Shown here: in pieces, positions 57,027 through 64,000 of the stretch | How positions within the stretch are numbered: the stretch's first letter is position 1 | How the letters are laid out: each line of letters opens with the position of its first letter | From: the human T2T-CHM13v2.0 reference genome, Homo sapiens | Reading direction: 5' to 3' (one strand) | Assembly (NCBI RefSeq): GCF_009914755.1 | Contig: NC_060925.1 | Length of the DNA: 64,000 bases | Notes under the pieces: generated by a model | Database searches by the model: none | Told to the model about the DNA's origin: nothing | What the model saw: only the letters and a program-made list of their open reading frames with translations | Position numbers and translations under genes: made by a program

Positions 57027-59470
57027 ATGAAATTGAAATGGATGGACTCATCATCGAATGGATTCGAAAGGAATCATCGAATAAAATTGATTGAAATCAT
57101 CATCGAATGGAATCGAATGGTATCATTGAATGGAATCGAATGGAATCATCATCAGATGGAAATGAATGGAATCGTCATAGAATGGAATCGAATGGATTCA
57201 TTGAATGGAATCAGATGGAATCATCGAATGGACTGGAATGGAATCATTGAATGGACTCGAAAGAGATCATGATTGAATGGAATTGAATAGAATCATCGAA
57301 TGGTCTCGATTGGAATCATTATCAAATGGAATCGAATGGAATCACCGAATAGAATCGAATGGAACAATCATCGAATGGACTCAAATGGAATTATCCTCAA
57401 ATGGAATCGAATGGAATTATCGAATGCAATCGAATAGAATCATCGAATGGACTCGAATGGAATCATCGAATGGAATGGAATGGAACAGTCAATGAACTCG
57501 AATGGAATCATCATTGAATGGAATCGAATGGAATCATCGAGTGGAATCGAATGGAATTATGATCAAATGGAATCGAATGTAATCATCATCAAATGGAATC
57601 AAAAATAACCATCATCAATTGGTATTGAATGGAATTGTCATCAAATGGAATTCAAAGGAAACATCATCAAATGGAACCGAATGGAATCCTCATTGAATGG
57701 AAATGAAAGGGGTCATCATCTAATGGAATCGCATGGAATCATCATCAAATGGAATCGAATGGAATCATCATCAAATGGAATCTAATGGAATCATTCAACA
57801 GAATTGAATGGAATCGTCATCGAATGAATTGAATGCAATCATCGAATGGTCTCGAATGGAACCATCTTCTAATGGAAAGGAATGGAATCATCGCATAGAA
57901 TCGAATGGAATTGTCATCGAATGGAATCGAATGGTATCAACACCAAACGGAAAAAAACGGAATTATCGAATGGAATCGAAGAGAATCTTCGAACGGACCC
58001 GAATGGAATCATCTAATGGAATGGAATGGAATAATCCATGGACTCGAATGCAATCATCATCGAATGGAATCGAATGGAATCATCGAATGGACTCGAATGG
58101 AATAATCATTGAACGGAATCGAATGGAATCATCATCGGATGGAAACGAATGGAATCATCATCGGATGGGAATGAAAGGAGTCATCATCTAATGGAATTGC
58201 ATGGAATCATCGTAAAATGGAATCGAATGGAATCAACATCAAATGGAATCAAATGGAATCATTGAACGGAATTGAATGGAATCGTCATCGAATGAATTGA
58301 ATGCAATCATCGAATGGTCTCGAATGGAATCATCTTCAAATGGAATGGAATGGAATCATTGCATAGAATCGAATGGAATTATCATCGAATGGAATCGAAT
58401 GGTATCAACATCAAACGGGAAAAAACGGAATTATCGAATGGAATCGAAGAGAATCTTCGAACGTACCCGAATGGAATCATCTAATGGAGTGGAATGGAAT
58501 AATCCATGGACTCTAATGCAATCATCATCGAATGGAATCGAATGGAATCATCGAATGGACTCGAATGGAATAATCATTGAACGGAATCGAATGGAATCAT
58601 CATCGGATGGAAATGAATGGAAGGATCATCGAATGGAATCAAATAGAATTATGGAATGAAATCCAGTGTGATCATCATCGAATGGACCCGAATGGAATCA
58701 TCATCCAACGGAAGCTAATGGAATCAACATCGAATGAATCGAATGGAAACACCATCGAATTGAAACGAATGGAATTATCATGAAATTGAAATGGATGGAC
58801 TCATCATCGAATGGATTCGAATGGAATCATCGAATAAAATTGATTGAAATCATCATCCAATGGAATCGAATGGTATCATTGAATGGAATCGAATGGAATC
58901 TTCATCAGATGGAAATGAATGGAATCGTCATAGAATGGAATCGAATGGATTCATTGAATGGAATCAGATGGAATCATCGAATGGACTGGAATGGAATCAT
59001 TGAATGGACTCGAAAGGGATCATTATTGAATGGAATTGAATGGAATCATCGAATGGTCTCGATTGGAATCATTATCAAATGGAATCGAATGGAATCACCG
59101 AACAGAATCGAATGGAACAATCATCGAATGGACTCAAATGGAATTATCCTCAAATGGAATCGAATGGAATTATCGAATGCAATCGAATGGAATTATCGAA
59201 TGCAATCGAATAGAATCATCGAATGGACTCGAATGGAATCATCGAATGGAATGGAATGGAACAGTCAATGAACTCGAATGGAATCATCATTGAATGGAAT
59301 CGAATGGAATCATCGAGTGGAATCAAATGGAATTATGATCAAATGGAATCGAATGTAATCATCATCAAATGGAATCAAAAATAACCATCATCAATTGGTA
59401 TTGAATGGAATTGTCATCAAATGGAATTCAAAGGAATCATCATCAAATGGAACCGAATGGAATCCTCATT

Positions 59471-60406
59471 GAATGGAAATGAAAGGGGTCATCATCTAAT
59501 GGAATCGCATGGAATCATCATCAAATGGAATCGAATGGAATCATCATCAAATGGAATCTAATGGAATCATTGAACAGAATTGAATGGAATCGTCATCGAA
59601 TGAATTGAATGCAATCATCGAATGGTCTCGAATGGAATCATCTTCTAATGGAAAGGAATGGAATCATCGCATAGAATCGAATGGAATTATCATCGAATGG
59701 AATCGAATGGTATCAACACCAAACGGAAAAAAACGGAATTATCGAATGGAATCGAAGAGAATCTTCGAACGGACCCGAATGGAATCATCTAATGGAATGG
59801 AATGGAATAATCCATGGACTCGAATGCAATCATCATCGAATGGAATCGAATGGAATCATCGAATGGACTCGAATGGAATAATCATTGAACGGAATCGAAT
59901 GGAATCATCATCGGATGGAAACGAATGGAATCATCATCGAATGGAAATGAAAGGAGTCATCATCTAATGGAATTGCATGGAATCATCATAAAATGGAATC
60001 GAATGGAATCAACATCAAATGGAATCAAATGGAATCATTGAACGGAATTGAATGGAATCGTCATCGAATGAATTGACTGCAATCATCGAATGGTCTCGAA
60101 TGGAATCATCTTCAAATGGAATGGAATGGAATCATCGCATAGAATCGAATGGAATTATCATCGAATGGAATCGAATGGAATCAACATCAAACTGAAAAAA
60201 ACGGAATTATCGAATGGAATCGAAGAGAATCATCGAATGGACCCGAATGGAATCATCTAATGGAATGGAATGGAATAATCCATGGACTCGAATGCAATCA
60301 TCATCGAATGGAATCGAATGGAATCATCGAATGGACTCGAATGGAATAATCATTGAACGGAATCGAATTGAATCATCATCGGATGGAAATGAATGGAATC
60401 ATCATC
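59471..60406. repeat. Internal 468-bp module pair (A 59471-59938, B 59939-60406) of the 1776-bp unit, example copy
   Basis: A starts GAATGGAAATGAAAGGGGTC and B starts GAATGGAAATGAAAGGAGTC 468 bp later. Diagnostic A/B differences: AATCGC/AATTGC, GAACAGAA/GAACGGAA, TTCTAATGGAAAGG/TTCAAATGGAATGG, GGTATCAACACC/GGAATCAACATC, CTTCGAACGG/CATCGAATGG. Confidence 0.93.
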
Positions 60407-61246
60407 GAATGGAATCGAATAGAATTATGGAATGAAATCCAGTGTGATCATCATCGAATGGACCCGAATGGAATCATCATCCAACGGAAGCTAATGGAAT
60501 CAACATCGAATGAATCGAATGGAAACACCATCGAATTGAAACGAATGGAATTATCATGAAATTGAAATGGATGGACTCATCATCGAATGGATTCGAATGG
60601 AATCATCGAATAAAATTGATTGAAATCATCATCCAATGGAATCGAATGGTATCATTGAATGGAATCGAATGGAATCATCATCAGATGGAAATGAATGGAA
60701 TCGTCATAGAATGGAATCGAATGGATTCATTGAATGGAATCAGATGGAATCATCGAATGGACTGGAATGGAATCATTGAATGGACTCGAAAGGGATCATG
60801 ATTGAATGGAATTGAATGGAATCATCGAATGGTCTCGATTGGAATCATTATCAAATGGAATCGAATGGAATCACCGAATAGAATCGAATGGAACAATCAT
60901 CGAATGGACTCAAATGGAATTATCCTCAAATGGAATCGAATGGAATTATCGAATGCAATCGAATGGAATTATCGATTGCAATCGAATAGAATCATCGAAT
61001 GGACTCGAATGGAATCATCGAATGGAATGGAATGGAACAGTCAATGAACTCGAATGGAATCATCATTGAATGGAATCGAATGGAATCATCGAGTGGAATC
61101 GAATGGAATTATGATCAAATGGAATCGAATGTAATCATCATCAAATGGAATCAAAAATAACCATCATCAATTGGTATTGAATGGAATTGTCATCAAATGG
61201 AATTCAAAGGAATCATCATCAAATGGAACCGAATGGAATCCTCATT
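60407..61246. repeat. 840-bp once-per-unit segment of the HSat2 higher-order unit, example copy
   Basis: Carries the once-per-unit landmarks GAAATCCAGTGTGATC, CAACGGAAGCTAATGG, CGAAAGGGATC, GGAACAGTCAATGAACTC and CAAAAATAACCATC. 840 + 2 x 468 = 1776. Confidence 0.9.
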
Positions 61247-64000
61247 GAATGGAAATGAAAGGGGTCATCATCTAATGGAATCGCATGGAATCATCATCAA
61301 ATGGAATCGAATGGAATCATCATCAAATGGAATCTAATGGAATCATTGAACAGAATTGAATGGAATCGTCATCGAATGAATTGAATGCAATCATCGAATG
61401 GTCTCGAATGGAATCATCTTCTAATGGAAAGGAATGGAATCATCGCATAGAATCGAATGGAATTATCATCGAATGGAATCGAATGGTATCAACACCAAAC
61501 GGAAAAAAACGGAATTATCGAATGGAATCGAAGAGAATCTTCGAACGGACCCGAATGGAATCATCTAATGGAATGGAATGGAATAATCCATGGACTCGAA
61601 TGCAATCATCATCGAAAGGAATCGAATGGAATCATCGAATGGACTCGAATGGAATAATCATTGAACGGAATCGATTGGAATCATCATCGGATGGAAACGA
61701 ATGGAATCATCATCGAATGGAAATGAAAGGAGTAATCATCTAATGGAATTGCATGGAATCATCATAAAATGGAATCGAATGGAATCAACATCAAATGGAA
61801 TCAAATGGAATCATTGAACGGAATTGAATGGAATCGTCATCGAATGAATTGACTGCAATCATCCAATGGTCTCGAATGGAATCATCTTCAAATGGAATGG
61901 AATGGAATCATCGCATAGAATCGAATGGAATTATCATCGAATGGAATCGAATGGAATCAACATCCAACGGAAAAAAACGGAATTATCGAATGGAATCGAA
62001 GAGAATCATCGAATGGACCCGAATGGAATCATCTAATGGAATGGAATGGAATAATCCATGGACTCGAATGCAATCATCATCGAATGGAATCGAATGGAAT
62101 CATCGAATGGACTCGAATGGAATAATCATTGAACGGAATCGAATGGAATCATCATCGGATGGAAATGAATGGAATCATCATCGAATGGAATCGAATAGAA
62201 TTATGGAATGAAATCCAGTGTGATCATCATCGAATGGACCCGAATGGAATCATCATCCAACAGAAGCTAATGGAATCAACATCGAATGAATCAAATGGAA
62301 ACACCATCGAATTGAAACGAATGGAATTATCATGAAATTGAAATGGATGGACTCATCATCGAATGGATTCGAATGGAATCATCGAATAAAATTGATTGAA
62401 ATCATCATCGAATGGAATCGAATGGTATCATTGAATGGAATCGAATGGAATCATCATCAGATGGAAATGAATGGAATCGTCATAGAATGGAATCGAATGG
62501 ATTCATTGAATGGAATCAGATGGAATCATCGAATGGACTGGAATGGAATCATTGAATGGACTCGAAAGGGATCATGATTGAATGGAATTTAATGGAATCA
62601 TCGAATGGTCTGGATTGGAATCATTATCAAATGGAATCGAATGGAATCACCGAATAGAATCGAATGGAACAATCATCGAATGGACTCAAATGGAATTATC
62701 CTCAAATGGAATCGAATGGAATTATCGAATGCAATCGAATGGAATTATCGAATGCAATCGAATAGAATCATCGAATGGACTCGAATGGAATCATCGAATG
62801 GAATGGAATGGAACAGTCAATGAACTCGAATGGAATCATCATTGAATGGAATCGAATGGAATCATCGAGTGGACTCGAATGGAATTATGATCAAATGGAA
62901 TCGAATGTTATCATCATCAAATGGAATCAAAAATAACCATCATCAATTGGTATTGAATGGAATTGTCATCAAATGGAATTCAAAGGAATCATCATCAAAT
63001 GGAACCGAATGGAATCCTCATTGAATGGAAATGAAAGGGGTCATCATCTAATGGAATCGCATGGAATCATCATCAAATGGAATCGAATGGAATCATCATC
63101 AAATGGAATCTAATGGAATCATTGAACAGAATTGAATGGAATCGTCATCGAATGAATTGAATGCAATCATCGAATGGTCTCGAATGGAATCATCTTCTAA
63201 TGGAAAGGAATGGAATCATCGCATAGAATCGAATGGAATTATCATCGAATGGAATCGAATGGTATCAACACCAAACGGAAAAAAACGGAATTATCGAATG
63301 GAATCGAAGAGAATCTTCGAACGGACCCGAATGGAATCATCTAATGGAATGGAATGGAATAATCCATGGACTCGAATGCAATCAAAATCGAATGGAATCG
63401 AATGGAATCATCGAATGGACTCGAATGGAATAATCATTGAACGGAATCGAATGGAATCATCATCGGATGGAAACGAATGGAATCATCAACGAATGGAAAT
63501 GAAAGGAGTCATCATCTAATGGAATTGCATGGAATCATCATAAAATGGAATCGAATGGAATCAACATCAAATGGAATCAAATGGAATCATTTAACGGAAT
63601 TGAATGGAATCGTCATCGAATGAATTGACTGCAATCATCCAATGGTCTCGAATGGAATCATCTTCAAATGGAATGGAATGGAATCATCGCATAGAATCGA
63701 ATGGAATTATCATCGAATGGAATCGAATGGAATCAACATCAAACGGAAAAAAAAGGAATTATCGAATGGAATCGAAGAGAATCATCGAATGGACCCGAAT
63801 GGAATCATCTAATGGAATGGAATGGAATAATCCATGGACTTGAATGCAATCATCATCGAATGGAATCGAATGGAATCATCGAATGGACTCGAATGGAATA
63901 ATCATTGAACGGAATCGAATGGAATCATCATCGGATGGAAATGAATGGAATCATCATCGAATGGAATCGAATAGAATTATGGAATGAAATCCAGTGTGAT

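Larger units (their letters stand above)
58780..62331. repeat. Two canonical 1776-bp HSat2A-type higher-order units (third continues to the window end); probable chr1q12 D1Z1/pUC1.77 family
   Basis: Landmark ATGAAATTGAAATGG at 58780, 60556 and 62332 (spacing 1776), with one GAATTC (GGAATTCAAAGG) per unit. A 1.77-kb EcoRI repeat is the established signature of chr1 satellite II. Chromosome assignment is inference. Confidence 0.85.
1..64000. repeat. Human Satellite II (HSat2/HSATII) pericentromeric tandem array, GAATG strand on + throughout
   Basis: Continuous GAATGGAATCGAATGGAATCATCATC-type sequence (reverse complement CATTCGATTC-rich, the diagnostic of HSat2 versus the purer (GGAAT)n of HSat3), with dense TCGA sites. 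No unique sequence seen in any line. Confidence 0.98.

Noticed and set aside
59471-59938. 468 bp equals exactly 18 x 26-bp monomers
   Set aside because: The module mixes 23-bp, 26-bp and irregular monomers, so the divisibility is probably coincidental. I could not show an 18-mer register.
572-63901. Numerous 60-163 aa ORFs (MESSSNELNA..., MKLKWMDSSS..., MELNGIIEW...) on the + strand
   Set aside because: They are low-complexity translations of GGAAT/CGAAT repeats that overlap in several frames and recur with the satellite period. Stops and frameshifts arise freely between copies, and no domain is recognisable. The lack of minus-strand ORFs follows from frequent TGA in GATGATGATTC. Similar spurious hypothetical proteins are a known product of satellite contamination. 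I used them only as coordinate landmarks.
1-64000. CRISPR-like array (23-26 bp repeats)
   Set aside because: There are no unique spacers, leader or cas genes. The monomers abut directly and are themselves degenerate pentamer repeats.
1-64000. HSat3 / (GGAAT)n or alpha satellite
   Set aside because: Pure GGAAT runs are only 3-4 copies long and CGAAT/CATCAT interruptions dominate, which is the HSat2 pattern. No 171-bp monomer or CENP-B box was seen.
1-64000. Embedded mobile element, unique island or strand inversion
   Set aside because: Every landmark spacing is explained by 840 + 468n minus small known deletions, leaving no room for an insertion. No Alu/L1 sequence, poly-A tail or CATTC-strand segment was seen.
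1-64000. Heat-shock elements (nGAAn) or G-quadruplexes
   Set aside because: GAA units are head-to-tail rather than the inverted nGAAnnTTCn arrangement, and G-runs are almost all GG with only an isolated GGG or GGGG per unit.

Overview
The whole 64-kb window is one uninterrupted array of human-type classical Satellite II (HSat2/HSATII), read on the GAATG-rich strand. It is built from diverged GGAAT/CGAAT/CATC elements grouped into 23- and 26-bp monomers. The 1776-bp period with about one EcoRI site per unit points to the chr1q12 HSat2A (D1Z1/pUC1.77-type) array; that placement is inferred, not searched. I see no genes, RNA genes, transposon insertions, CRISPR array or strand inversion, and the ORF track is an artefact of the repeat. 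The informative structure is architectural. Using the once-per-unit landmark ATGAAATTGAAATGGATGGAC (37 copies, 1895 to 62332), the 36 complete units fit 840 + n x 468 bp: 15 units of about 1308 (n=1), 13 of about 1776 (n=2) and 8 of about 2244 (n=3), some shortened by one 23- or 26-bp monomer or by 1-4 bp. Private SNVs reveal nested recent duplications (1308, 2616, 3038 and 3529 bp), a roughly 9-10.5 kb nascent super-repeat, a length-neutral out-of-register 26-bp replacement, several independent crossover points between the two 468-bp modules, and a gradient from diverged (5') to regular (3') sequence. I found no evidence for a new protein-coding or defence system. Duplication boundaries were read by eye and are approximate.
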